IMG/VR virus record: IMGVR_UViG_3300045000_000068
Location: 1 to 52,377 of that record
Length of the DNA stretch: 52,377 nucleotides
From: a virus
Lineage: Duplodnaviria; Caudoviricetes
Strand: one strand, 5' to 3'
The notes below the pieces were generated by a model. It made no database searches and was not told the DNA's origin. It was given only the letters and a program-made list of their open reading frames with translations. Below, in pieces: positions 39,387 to 49,066 of the stretch. Both the position numbers and the translations under genes were made by a program. Each line of letters begins with the position of its first letter. The first letter of the stretch is position 1.

Positions 39387-39637
39387 GCCTGAGTGATCGC
39401 CTGGCCCTTGGGCCTGAGCCTGTGGTGTCCGGCTCGCCGTGCTCGGTGGGTGAGCTGCTGCGCTCGCTCCCCAACGACGAGCGCGAAGCCCTGGAGGCGA
39501 TGCTCGCCGGGGCCTGGAGCGCGTCCGCGATCCACGACGCGGTGACCGGTGAGGGCTACGACGTCGGCCGGCAGACGATCAATCGCCACCGTCGCAGCGA
39601 GTGCCGCTGCGCGAAGAACGACAGGAGCTCCACGTGA
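39383..39637 (+). CDS. Small HTH/Zn-like protein
   Basis: CSVG...TINRHRRSECRC. Confidence 0.6.
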   Translation: MSLSDRLALGPEPVVSGSPCSVGELLRSLPNDEREALEAMLAGAWSASAIHDAVTGEGYDVGRQTINRHRRSECRCAKNDRSST

Positions 39638-40410
39638 GCCTCGCGAATCGCGTTAAGCTGGCGAAGATCAAGAATCCCTCGAAGATCCTGATCGTGGACA
39701 TCGAGCGCCTGCCGGGCCTGGCCAAGGTGTGGCAGCCCAAGGTCGACTACATCGCCCCGCGGAACTTCGTGCAGTGGCCGCGGCTGCTGTGCCTGGCGGC
39801 CCGGTGGTACGGCCAGAAAGAGATGATGTTCGCGGCCGAGTGGGAGGGTCGCGAGCAGATGGTCCGCACGGCCTGGGACTGGTACGACCAGGCCGACATC
39901 GTGGTGACGTTCAACGGCATCCGGTTCGACAACAAGCACCTCAAGACCGAGTGGCTTGAGCTGGGGATGAAGCCGCCCCGCCCGTGGCGGGACGTCGACC
40001 TGTTCCCGGCGGTCAAGACGTTCGGGTTCGAGAGCCGCTCGCTGGACTCGGTGACCCGTCGGCTCGGCCGGCCGGGCAAGGCCATGTTCTACGACATGGA
40101 GATGGCCCAGGCGGCCGTGGACGGCGACGAGAAGGCGCAGCGCCGGCTCCGGCGGTACAACGCCGGGGACGTCGAGCTCACCGAGTGGCTGTACGACCGG
40201 CTGCGCGGCTGGATCCCGACGCACCCGTTCATCGGGGTCGCGGACAACGAGGCGCACTGCAACCAGTGTGGATCAACGCGCCTGGTCCAGCAGCCCAGCA
40301 AGTACCGCGCCGTGGTGATCGACTACAACCTGCTGCGCTGCGCGGACTGCGGCGGGCTGGTGCGCTCCGGCTGGCACTCGCGGGTGGCGAGCACCCGCGG
40401 CGTCCGGTAG
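39634..40410 (+). CDS. DnaQ/RNase H-like 3'-5' exonuclease with C-terminal zinc ribbon
   Basis: IVDIE, FNGIRFD, YN.GDV; CNQC...CADC. Confidence 0.8.
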   Translation: MSLANRVKLAKIKNPSKILIVDIERLPGLAKVWQPKVDYIAPRNFVQWPRLLCLAARWYGQKEMMFAAEWEGREQMVRTAWDWYDQADIVVTFNGIRFDNKHLKTEWLELGMKPPRPWRDVDLFPAVKTFGFESRSLDSVTRRLGRPGKAMFYDMEMAQAAVDGDEKAQRRLRRYNAGDVELTEWLYDRLRGWIPTHPFIGVADNEAHCNQCGSTRLVQQPSKYRAVVIDYNLLRCADCGGLVRSGWHSRVASTRGVR

Positions 40411-40417
40411 CCGCGCC

Positions 40418-40582
40418 GTGGCCCGTGACGAGTCCGGCGATCGGTACGTGTGGCACGCGTACATGCTCGGCTGGCGCCGGCTGGTGCCCGGCCCGATGGA
40501 CCTGACGATCATCGCCCGGGAGATCTCCGAGCTGCTGGAGGCCGAGATCTACACCTACATCTACGGCCTGGAGACCCCGTAA
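40418..40582 (+). CDS. Possible small protein (54 aa)
   Basis: Open frame with high GC3; no clear RBS. Confidence 0.35.
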   Translation: MARDESGDRYVWHAYMLGWRRLVPGPMDLTIIAREISELLEAEIYTYIYGLETP

Positions 40583-40626
40583 GGGTCCGAGCCGTCGGGC
40601 CGCCGTGGTACCAACTGCCGAGCAAC

Positions 40627-40644
40627 CTTGCGGAAGGCGGCAAG
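40627..40644. promoter_or_regulatory. Candidate operator CTTGC-N8-GCAAG
   Basis: CTTGC-GGAAGGCG-GCAAG just before ATG 40646. Confidence 0.5.
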
Positions 40645-40645
40645 C

Positions 40646-41354
40646 ATGGCGGCAACAATGAACTGGCACCCCGCCCGGGGTGACGAGATCTGCATGGACT
40701 GCAAGGACCCGCTGGACTTCTACGTCCAGTACCCGACGAGCAGCCCTGACGTCGTCGATCTGGTCTGCCTGACGTGCGCGGTCGTCCGCGGCGTGAACGA
40801 GGTGGGCGCGTGATCAAGCAGGCGATCATGACCGGGACCGACGTGATGGCCCTGCCGTCCGGGTCGGCCGTGGTGCTCCACGCCACCGACAACGGCGCGC
40901 TGGTCCGCCGGCCGTGGTCCGCGCAGATCGTCATCCGCTGCGGCATCGACAACAAGCGCACCGAGCTGCTGGGCACCGCGAACACGCGAGACGTCGTCCA
41001 CCCCGCCTGGCGCTACCGGCTGCTCTACCGACGGGACTGGGACTCGCGATGAAGCTCACCAAGATGGCCGACGGCCGGTACCTGCTGGAGCACGACTCCG
41101 GCGTGGTGCTGCCGCTGACCGTGGCAGAGCTCGACGGGCTGATGGTCCGCGGTGCGCACCGGCTGACCGTGGAGCGCGTGACGTCGAGCGGCTCCGGCGT
41201 GGGCCTGGAGGTCAGCACCGAGTTCTCCGGCCGCGCCGTGCTGCACCTGTGTTTCTCGAACGAGGCCGTGGCGACGGCTCAGGCCGTGCTCAACGCGGCC
41301 ATGTGGCCCGCCGACGAGTACCACGTCACACGGAAGGACGGCACGCCCGAATGA
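40646..41354 (+). CDS. Three coupled hypothetical genes (40646-40813, 40810-41052, 41049-41354)
   Basis: GTGA/ATGA overlaps; the first has CxxC pairs. Confidence 0.5.
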
Positions 41355-41860
41355 GAATCATCGGACCCCCCTCGGCCACGCTCGAGGTCACCAGGGCCAA
41401 CCTGACCCGGTTCACCCCGCACGTCCGGTTCCTGAACGAGATGTTCCCCGCGCTGTGGGGCGCGGGCGTGCGGTACCTGGTGGACCCGGTGGGCATGGTC
41501 GCGCAGGCGCTCAAAGAGACCGGCAACGGTAACTTCCGCGGGCTGATCCGCCCCGAGTTCTACAACACCTGCGGATTGAAACTACGACACCTCTCGCTGT
41601 TCCCCGAGACGACAGGGGAGAAGCCGCTCGCGCACTCCGCGTTCGCGAGCTGGGACGTCGGGGCCGAGGCCCACGCGCAGCACCTCCGGGCGTACGCCGG
41701 GTTCCCCGTGACGGACCGGCTGATCGTCGACCCGCGGTACTGGCTGGTCGTCGGGCAGCACCGGGAGACGTGGGCGGAGCTGTCCGGCGGGTGGGCGCCC
41801 GGCGCTGCGTACGGCGCTGAGATCGAGTCCGCGATGGCCCGACTCCAGGGGGCGGCATGA
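41351..41860 (+). CDS. Glucosaminidase (GH73-like) domain protein
   Basis: AQALKETG...NTCGLK...FASW..G..AH..HL..YA. Confidence 0.75.
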   Translation: MRIIGPPSATLEVTRANLTRFTPHVRFLNEMFPALWGAGVRYLVDPVGMVAQALKETGNGNFRGLIRPEFYNTCGLKLRHLSLFPETTGEKPLAHSAFASWDVGAEAHAQHLRAYAGFPVTDRLIVDPRYWLVVGQHRETWAELSGGWAPGAAYGAEIESAMARLQGAA

Positions 41861-43472
41861 GCGACACGATGCCGCTCGCCGATGCCCTGGCGTACCGCAC
41901 GTGGCTCGACCACCAGGACCCGACCGACGTGGACGTGGCGCTGCGCGTGCTGGCGGCCGCGGTTGACCGGCTGAGCCAGCCGCCTGCGGCGAGCGACACC
42001 GTGTACCGCGTCGCGGAGCGCCGGCTCGACGGTGACGGGGTGTTCACGCCGACCGAGGGCAACAAGGTCTACAGGTCCGCCGTGACGGCGGGCATCGAGC
42101 TGGAGTTTCAACGGAAGCTGGACGCCGCGTTCGTCGACAGCTTCCCGGCGTGGCTGGGCCGGGAGTTCCGGGTGGAGTCGTGCACGCCCGACTGGCGCGC
42201 GGTGGACGGCTGACGTGGCCGTGTCGTGGACCCGTTGCCCGCTCGCGGACTGCGACCTCGTGGCGCTGGTCGAGTACATCCCGATGGGCGCCGTGAACTG
42301 GCAGGGCGGGGACCTGGTCCGCGTCGAGTGCATCGCCGGGCACGCCCGGCTCCTTACCGGCAAGTCGATCGAGATCAACGAGGTGAAGACCGATGGTTGA
42401 CTTCACGGACCCCCGGGCGATCGGGCCGGAGTTCGCCGCGAAGGTGTCCGAGCTGGCCCGGGTCGTCGGTGAACTGGTGGCAGACGCCCCGGTCACGTTC
42501 GAGTACGCCGGCGACATCATCGAGCGCATCGAATACGAGGGCGACTACCGCACCGAGGTCCACGAGTGCAGCGCCTGCGGCGCGCTGGTCAGGTACCCGG
42601 CGCAGGACAAGCACCGCGACTTCCACGGAGCGGCGCGATGAGCCTGGACAAGCGCGTCACGTGGAACGAGCACGGCGACCCGATCCTCACGATCACCGCG
42701 GCGGGGCACTCCGACGTCTACCGCCTGGCCTGCCACCTCAAGCGGGGGCAGTGCGAGTTCGCAGACCTCGGCCGCCGCATTCAGGACGCGCTCCGGAAGC
42801 GCTGGGGCTCGGAGAAGTACAAGGCGCTGGAGTCTCACTACTGGGGCCCGCAGGGGGAGCGATGACCTGTAGATCCTTCGGCGGCGCCATCGTGTGCGGC
42901 CCGTCGAACGACCGCCTCCGCAAGCTGTACGTGCGGTGCCCGATGTGCGAGTGCATCACCGAGATGGTCTGGCGCGACTCCGGCTGGTACGGGGACGACA
43001 TGATGTGCTGCCGCTGCGGTGACTCGTGGTGCGACGGCGAGTTGATCCCGCGCCCGTTCGCCCGCGGCTGGCGCGACCGTGCTGTCCGGGAGCACCGCCG
43101 TCTCTGGGACCTCGCAGCTCACGGCCCAGGCCCGTCGCACGTAGACCTGTTCGGCCCTGCGGACGAGGACGTGAGATGACTGTTTCCCGCCAAAATCTCG
43201 GCACGGGTTCAAACCGTCCGCCCCGTGCACAGCCGGTCTTCCGCGCCCGCGCGTGCGCGTGGTGCACCGCGACGTTCACCCCGCTGGCGCCGCGCGAGCA
43301 GCGGTGCGAGGACTGCCGGCAGCTCACCCCGGCGCAGGCCGGGCGGTGCGAGGAGTGCGGCTCGATCGTCTCTGGCCGCGCCCGGTGGGGTGCCGCGTGG
43401 GGCGGTGGGTGCGACCGGGTGGAGGAGCGCATCTCCGACCTGATGGACCGGCTCCCGGCGGTGATCCGGTGA
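41857..43472 (+). CDS. Six small hypothetical genes (41857-42213, 42215-42400, 42393-42641, 42638-42865, 42862-43179, 43176-43472), several Cys-rich
   Basis: Tightly packed or coupled ORFs. Confidence 0.5.
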
Positions 43473-43674
43473 GCACGGTGCGAGGGCTGCTGCACGGCGT
43501 GCTGATCTCGTTCGCGCTCTGGTGCGCACTGCTCGGTGTGGCGCTGCTGATCGTGTTCAGCGTGGCCGAGCTGGCCGGGGCGGTGATCCGGTGAGCACGG
43601 TGCGAGGGCTGCTGTATGTGTCTTGGGTCGCGCTGTTCGCCGTGGCCCTGCTGGCCGAGGCGGTGATCGGGTAG
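43469..43674 (+). CDS. Two tandem tiny membrane peptides (43469-43594, 43591-43674)
   Basis: Both begin MSTVRGLL; hydrophobic. Confidence 0.55.
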
Positions 43675-43889
43675 TGCCCCCGCCGCGTCGCAAGGCCAAG
43701 CCGCACCCCGAGGGCCGGAGCGGCAAGTCGACCGGGCGGTGCGAGCGGTGCGGCAAGGTCGCCCACTCGTCGCGCTCGAAGGCGAAAAGGGCGATGCGCA
43801 ACGGCCACGGCCACGAGTTCGCCGCGGTCACCGTCTACCCCTGCGGCCAGTACTTCCACGTAGGGCATCACCGAGGAGCGAAGCGATGA
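43674..43889 (+). CDS. Small Zn-finger-like protein
   Basis: CERCGK...YPC...FHVGH. Confidence 0.6.
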   Translation: MPPPRRKAKPHPEGRSGKSTGRCERCGKVAHSSRSKAKRAMRNGHGHEFAAVTVYPCGQYFHVGHHRGAKR

Positions 43890-44470
43890 CCGAGGCAGTA
43901 GACACCCCGCGGCTGCGGAAGACGCTGGAGTGGGCGCTCAGCGAGCACCGCAAGGCGGAGCGCGGCGAGCCGTCCGAGTGGAACCAGGAGGAGTGGCTGG
44001 GAACGCTCAGGGCTGCGACGTGGAATCGGCTGTTCACCGACACCGACATGAGCCCAGGCGAGACGGACAGGGCGGTCGAACAGCTCAACCTGTCGACCGC
44101 GTGCGGCACGGCGTGCTGCCTCGCCGGGAAGATCGTGCTCGACGCCGGAATGCAGCCTGCTAGCGCCACCGGGTCGGACGGCCACGTCGTCACCGCCAGC
44201 GGCGTCGAGCGGAGTGTCCCCACTGTCGCGCTGGAGCTGCTCGGCGGGGACCCCGAGGAGGTCACCCGGCTGTTCCGCGGGGACAACACGATCCGCGACC
44301 TGTACCGCATCGCCGGGGAGTTGACCGGCGGTGACATCGAGATGCCGGCCGAGCTGGCCGAGGCGACGCCGGCGACACCGTTGCGGGGGGTCAGGTGGTC
44401 GACGCCAGCGGCGAGGAGCGCGACGTCCCGACCGCCGACGCCAGCCGAGCTGGGCGAGCCGACACGGTGA
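43886..44470 (+). CDS. Hypothetical phage protein (W.Q..W...CGT.CC.AG motif)
   Basis: GAGGAG RBS, ATGA overlap. Confidence 0.65.
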   Translation: MTEAVDTPRLRKTLEWALSEHRKAERGEPSEWNQEEWLGTLRAATWNRLFTDTDMSPGETDRAVEQLNLSTACGTACCLAGKIVLDAGMQPASATGSDGHVVTASGVERSVPTVALELLGGDPEEVTRLFRGDNTIRDLYRIAGELTGGDIEMPAELAEATPATPLRGVRWSTPAARSATSRPPTPAELGEPTR

Positions 44471-44826
44471 GCGCCACTGCGATGGTCGCCCCGGGGAGTC
44501 TCATCGCCTGGCAGGCGATCGACCGGTTCGCGCGGGTGTCGGCGACCGGCAAGCCGACGCGCAGCTACTCGCCGGACGCGCTGCTACTGGCCCGGTGGGT
44601 GGCCAACCACCGCGACGGCATCTCGGTCCGGCGCACGGCCACCGCGCTGGAGTGGTACCCGGCCAAGGTCGGGGCGGTGGCTGTGCGGCTCGTCGAGCAT
44701 CATCTGATCACCAGCCGGCCGATGCGGTGCGAGAGCTGCGCGCACCTCGGCAGGGATCGGCGGCTGCGGCTCACCCGGGCGGGCAGCGTTTTCGTGAGGA
44801 TGATCGACAAGAGGGGTGCGGTATGA
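44467..44826 (+). CDS. Winged-HTH-like DNA-binding protein
   Basis: ISVRRTATAL...RLVEHHLI...DRRLRLT..G (MarR-like pattern). Confidence 0.55.
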   Translation: MSATAMVAPGSLIAWQAIDRFARVSATGKPTRSYSPDALLLARWVANHRDGISVRRTATALEWYPAKVGAVAVRLVEHHLITSRPMRCESCAHLGRDRRLRLTRAGSVFVRMIDKRGAV

Positions 44827-45486
44827 GCGCGATCACCAGCGCCGTGCTGGACAACCGGCTGTACTGGGCGCGCGTCACCCTGGCGGCCGGCGTCGGCCGC
44901 CCGCACGCGGTGGACCTCTACGTGGAGGGCCTCACCAAGGCGCCGCGCTACGTACTGGCGTGGCACCTGGCGCGCATGGCGTGGCGCCTGGCGCTCGGTC
45001 GGGGGGCGGTGTGACGCCCGACGAGCGGGAGCGCCTCGCGCTGGAGCTGGAGCGGGCGGCCCGGCTGGTGCGCACGTTCGAGCCGCACGCGTGGGCGGCA
45101 GAGGTCCGCGACGACGTCCCCCTGATCGAGGTCGGAGTCCGCGGGTACGCCGAGTACATCGAGGGTCGACGGTCGCCGGAGCTGCGCTCGTTCAGGATCG
45201 AGTGGTGAGCGGCGTGCACGAGCAGCGGGCGATGACGCCGGAAGAGGTCGCCGAGCATCCGGCACCACCCAGCTTGCCGCCGGTGATGGACCACGGCGCG
45301 CGGACCCGCGCGCGCACGGCCGCGTTCCGCGTCGGCCGGCTGTACCCCGGCCCGGTCGGCGAGGTGCTCGCGCTGGAGCTGCGCACGTGGGAGCAGTTCG
45401 GCTACCGGCTGGGCGGCGACAGCATGATCGCCCGGCTCGTCGAGCACGTCATGGGCCTGGACCTCGAAGACGACGCGGCCGCCTGA
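44823..45486 (+). CDS. Three coupled hypothetical genes (44823-45014, 45011-45208, 45205-45486)
   Basis: Overlap chain ending at a terminator. Confidence 0.5.
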
Positions 45487-45496
45487 CCCCGGACAC

Positions 45497-45537
45497 AAAA
45501 AAAGCCCCCGTCCTGCGCGATGCAGGCGGGGGCGTTT
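45497..45537. terminator. Bidirectional intrinsic terminator
   Basis: A7-GCCCCCG(T)CCTGC-loop-GCAGGCGGGGGC-GTTT at the convergence of the two arms. Confidence 0.85.
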
Positions 45538-45725
45538 GTCGTTCTCGGCCGGGTGACTCTCGGTCCGCAGCGGGCGGCCGGGTGGCACGCTCGCCGCATG
45601 CTGTACCAGCTTCGCTTGATCGTCGCGTGGTATCTGTCGCTGCCACACGGTAAGGCGCGGACGCGCCGGAGCCGAGAGGAAGGGTGAGTAACGCCCGACT
45701 CCGACGCATCCGCAAGTCTACATGA

Positions 45726-45962
45726 TCACTGCTCGTCTCCGTCCTCCGCCCCGCTGGCGAACACCGCGGTGCTGCGGATCAGGATCATCCGCGCGCGCGC
45801 GCCCTCCAGCTCGCCGCCGCGGTGCGGCGGTTCGAGCAGCACTTCACCGGCGGACGCGAGCATCCGGACCTGGCGCAGCCGCGCGTCCATCTCGATGATC
45901 GCCTGTCGCAGGCGGGCCAGCTCGGCCAGCAGCGCATTCCACTCGTGGTCGTCGACTTCCAT
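45726..45962 (-). CDS. Hypothetical coiled-coil protein
   Basis: GAAGGGTGA motif before the ATG. Confidence 0.6.
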   Translation of the reverse strand: MEVDDHEWNALLAELARLRQAIIEMDARLRQVRMLASAGEVLLEPPHRGGELEGARARMILIRSTAVFASGAEDGDEQ

Positions 45963-46046
45963 CGTCACCCTTCGCCCTCGGCTGAACGCCGGACCCCGAA
46001 CCGGAACGCTGCCGCTCCGGACCGAGGCTCACCCGTTCAGTCTGTC

Positions 46047-46187
46047 CTACTCGTGCCCGGTCGTCACCACCTGTGCCGGTGATGTCGCCGCCAGTGAGTC
46101 GTACGCCGTGCTGTCGTCGGCGCACGCGCCGACCACCAGGATGATCGTCCCGACGATCGCCGCGAGCACAAACCGCGCTGGGCTCAT
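46047..46187 (-). CDS. Small lipoprotein
   Basis: Hydrophobic signal with VGAC lipobox. Confidence 0.5.
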   Translation of the reverse strand: MSPARFVLAAIVGTIILVVGACADDSTAYDSLAATSPAQVVTTGHE

Positions 46188-46961
46188 GACTCGCCCTTGT
46201 CCGTCGGCGGCCACGTGAGGACGGCCGCGTGCTCGCCGCCCCCGGGGGTCCAGACAAGCGCCTCCTCGTCCGGGCCGCCCAGCTCGACCACCGCCACCGG
46301 CGGCGCATGCCGGCACGCGCCCTGCCGGATGGCTGCGAGCTTCGCCGCCTGGTAGCTGTCGAACTGCTCGCCGACGTGGTTGTCGCTCGTGTCGACGAGC
46401 ACCCAGCGCAGGTCGTCGCCGCTCATGACTCGCCCTCGCCGAGGCTGCCGTAGCAGTACGGCGCGCACTCCTGGCCTCGCCCCGCCCCGCAGTCGTCGCA
46501 CCCTGGCGCCGCGCTCTCGGGTTCGAGAACAACGGCCTGCCCGCCGAACCTGGCCGCGAGCATCCGGGCTCGGTTCTCGCCCAGGATCCCGGCCCGCTCG
46601 ACGTCTCCGTTGGGGTAGCGGACCCCCCACTCGCCGCCGCTCATGACTCGCTCTCGCCGCCGGTGACGTCGACATCCGCGACGAACAGCAGTCCCGGGAT
46701 CGCGTCGTCCACCTCGGACGTGACGGCCCAGATCTCCGGCCCGTCCGCGTCGAGAAACACGATGCGCCGGTGGCCCTCGCCCTCGGCGATCAGCCGCCCG
46801 ACGGTGGCGTACAGCTCGTCGAGCGTGGCACCCTGCGGCTCGCCTGCATCGGCCGCGCACATCGGACACCCGTCCTCGGCTGCGCCGAAGTGGTAGGCGT
46901 TCTGGTGCTCGGCCTCCAGTCGTTCTGTCCGTTCGGTGGCCGTCTCTTCCGTGGTCATCAT
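46184..46961 (-). CDS. Three coupled hypothetical genes (46641-46961, 46423-46644, 46184-46426)
   Basis: ATGA overlaps with the repeated junction GCGAGTCATGAGC. Confidence 0.6.
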
Positions 46962-47044
46962 CTCTCACCCTTCCCTGATCCAATCCCGGTTGAGCACCGG
47001 TGGCCCGGTCGGAACCTTGCGGCTCCGGCCGGACCGTCGTGCGC

Positions 47045-47401
47045 TCACTCCTCGTCGTCGCCGCGCGGGTCGCAGTCGCAGTCCTGCGTGATCGCGCCGC
47101 CGTGCTCGTCGCACGTGCGCCAGTCGCCGTTTTCGTCGAGCGCCGGATTCGGCGGCTCGGGGTGGGTGCCCTCGCCGCGTGCGAACGCGTCGAGCGTGGC
47201 CCGGTCGTAGTCCTCCGTGTCACCGGTTCCCCCGTCCTGCTCGGACGGGTGCGTGATCTCCAGGCCCAGTGCATCGAACGTCTGGGTCACCAGGTCGACG
47301 ACGTCCCCGCCGTTCCATCCGCCGGACGAGTCTTCGATCTCCCAGCACGCCGCCAGCAGGTCCAGCAGTGCCCGGCCCTCGCGCGTGGTCTTGTTCACCA
47401 T
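47045..47401 (-). CDS. Acidic hypothetical protein
   Basis: Start motif; WNGGDVVD. Confidence 0.65.
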   Translation of the reverse strand: MVNKTTREGRALLDLLAACWEIEDSSGGWNGGDVVDLVTQTFDALGLEITHPSEQDGGTGDTEDYDRATLDAFARGEGTHPEPPNPALDENGDWRTCDEHGGAITQDCDCDPRGDDEE

Positions 47402-47484
47402 GATCTTTCACCCTTCCTAGTTGATCTCCGGTTGAGCACCGGTGCCCGGCCAGGGACGTGCGCCCCTGGCCCAGCGTCGTGCGC

Positions 47485-48423
47485 TCACTCCGCCGCGCTC
47501 TCCAGGTCCGCGAGGACGCCGTGAGACACCTTGGTGACCAGCTCTGCGATCGCGCGCAGCGTCTCGACGTTCCCGCCGGACCAGCCGGCCACGTACGGAA
47601 CCGAGTAGCTCGACGTGTCCGCCCCGAGCGCACCCAGCACGACGTACGCCACCGACTCCGCCTCCGCCTCCATGCGGCCGCGGTGCAGGCGGTACTCGTC
47701 GAGATCCGCGACGTGATCCGCGCGGATATGCGCCAGCTCGTGCAGCGCCGTCTTGGACGCCTGCATGTTGTCGACGTCGGCGCGCACCCGAACGGTCTTG
47801 GTCTCCGGACTGGTGGTGCCGTTCGCCCCGCCGCAGTCGCCGCGCTCGAAGCTGTAGCCGTGGCCTTTGATCAGCCGCTCGAACGCGTCGAGCGTGTTGG
47901 TCACGTCCTCCCCGGTGAGCAGCGACGGGACGGCCGGATTCACCGGCAGCTCCTCGCCCTCGGTCTGCGAGAGGTCGAACACGTGCTCGATCTTGAAACC
48001 GCGCATGACCTTGATCGGCTTGTCGTCCGGGCCGTATGCCCGCTTGCCCTGCCGCGCGAAATCCTCGGCCTCGGCCTCACTCAGGCGTCGGGGGAGCGGT
48101 GCGAAAACCTGGAGTCCCCACGGTCCCTTGTGTCCCTCGGGACGCTTGAGGACCGACCGGCCGCGCTTCGCCCATGAGCCGTAGCTCGCGACCGCGGACA
48201 ACGTCATGCCGCGCTCCTGGGCCTGAGCCCAGAGCAACACCGTGTTGCCGAACGAGTAGCGGGTACCGAGTCCAGCGGTGAACCGCAGGTACGCGCCCCA
48301 CTCCTCGGAGCTTGCCAGCGACTCGACGGCGCTGTTCAGCTTGTTCTTCAACGCGTCGACCTTTGCCGCCCGCTCCTCCGGAGAGACCGTCGGACGCTTG
48401 CGCGTTGCCACCTTGCTTCCCAT
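47485..48423 (-). CDS. ArdC-like ssDNA-binding antirestriction protein with HExxH metallopeptidase-like domain
   Basis: YSFGNTVLL...SW...GR.V, VFDLSQTEG, LHELAH, EAESVAYVV, YVAGW. Confidence 0.8.
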   Translation of the reverse strand: MGSKVATRKRPTVSPEERAAKVDALKNKLNSAVESLASSEEWGAYLRFTAGLGTRYSFGNTVLLWAQAQERGMTLSAVASYGSWAKRGRSVLKRPEGHKGPWGLQVFAPLPRRLSEAEAEDFARQGKRAYGPDDKPIKVMRGFKIEHVFDLSQTEGEELPVNPAVPSLLTGEDVTNTLDAFERLIKGHGYSFERGDCGGANGTTSPETKTVRVRADVDNMQASKTALHELAHIRADHVADLDEYRLHRGRMEAEAESVAYVVLGALGADTSSYSVPYVAGWSGGNVETLRAIAELVTKVSHGVLADLESAAE

Positions 48424-48495
48424 GATCGTCACCCTTCTCTGTTGATTCTGCATCGGAGGATGCAATAGAACGCGCGTACGAGACGCGCGCTCGAT

Positions 48496-48726
48496 TCACT
48501 CTCCGCTTAGTTGACTCAGAACGACGTCACACAGCCGTGTGGCCCACGCGAGGATTTCCTCCCGGTTGCCCTCCACGGCAAGCCCCCCGCCACCCGCCCC
48601 GCCAAGGAACAGGACGTGCGTCCCGTCGATCGGCTCGTCCGGCGACAACTCGTCGTCAGCCTCGCTTGCGGTCATCAGGCGGACCTCCTGCGCCGATGCC
48701 GCAGACCACTCAACATGCATGCTCAT
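48496..48726 (-). CDS. Hypothetical protein
   Basis: Start motif. Confidence 0.6.
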   Translation of the reverse strand: MSMHVEWSAASAQEVRLMTASEADDELSPDEPIDGTHVLFLGGAGGGGLAVEGNREEILAWATRLCDVVLSQLSGE

Positions 48727-48805
48727 CGTTCTCACCCTTCTCTGTTGATTCCCGCCTGATCAGCGGCGGCCACGGCTGGTGCAAGACCAGCCGGACCGTG
48801 ATTGA

Positions 48806-48991
48806 TCAGTCCTCCTCTACTTGCAGCGTCCACGTGCCGACGCGGTGACCGTTGGCGTCACGGATGACGCGTTCGGTGCGCATGTCGTCGACATCGCCCG
48901 CGACCTCGCGTAGCAACGCTGCGACCTCGCCGAACGGGTTTTCGACGACCGCAGCGTTGCCGGTCTCAATCGTCAGATTGAGCTTGACCAT
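48806..48991 (-). CDS. Small phage protein (ETGNAA...EVA.LLR...DANG..VG pattern)
   Basis: Start motif. Confidence 0.65.
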   Translation of the reverse strand: MVKLNLTIETGNAAVVENPFGEVAALLREVAGDVDDMRTERVIRDANGHRVGTWTLQVEED

Positions 48992-49066
48992 TGCTCTCAC
49001 CCTTCCTTGGTTCCCGGTGAACACCGGCCGCGCGTGCAGGTACAAGACCTGCACGACGGTTGCTGT

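Noticed and set aside
47975-47990. SOS-box-like TCGAACACGTGCTCGA
   Set aside because: Mid-gene, one mismatch, explained by the coding sequence IEHVFD
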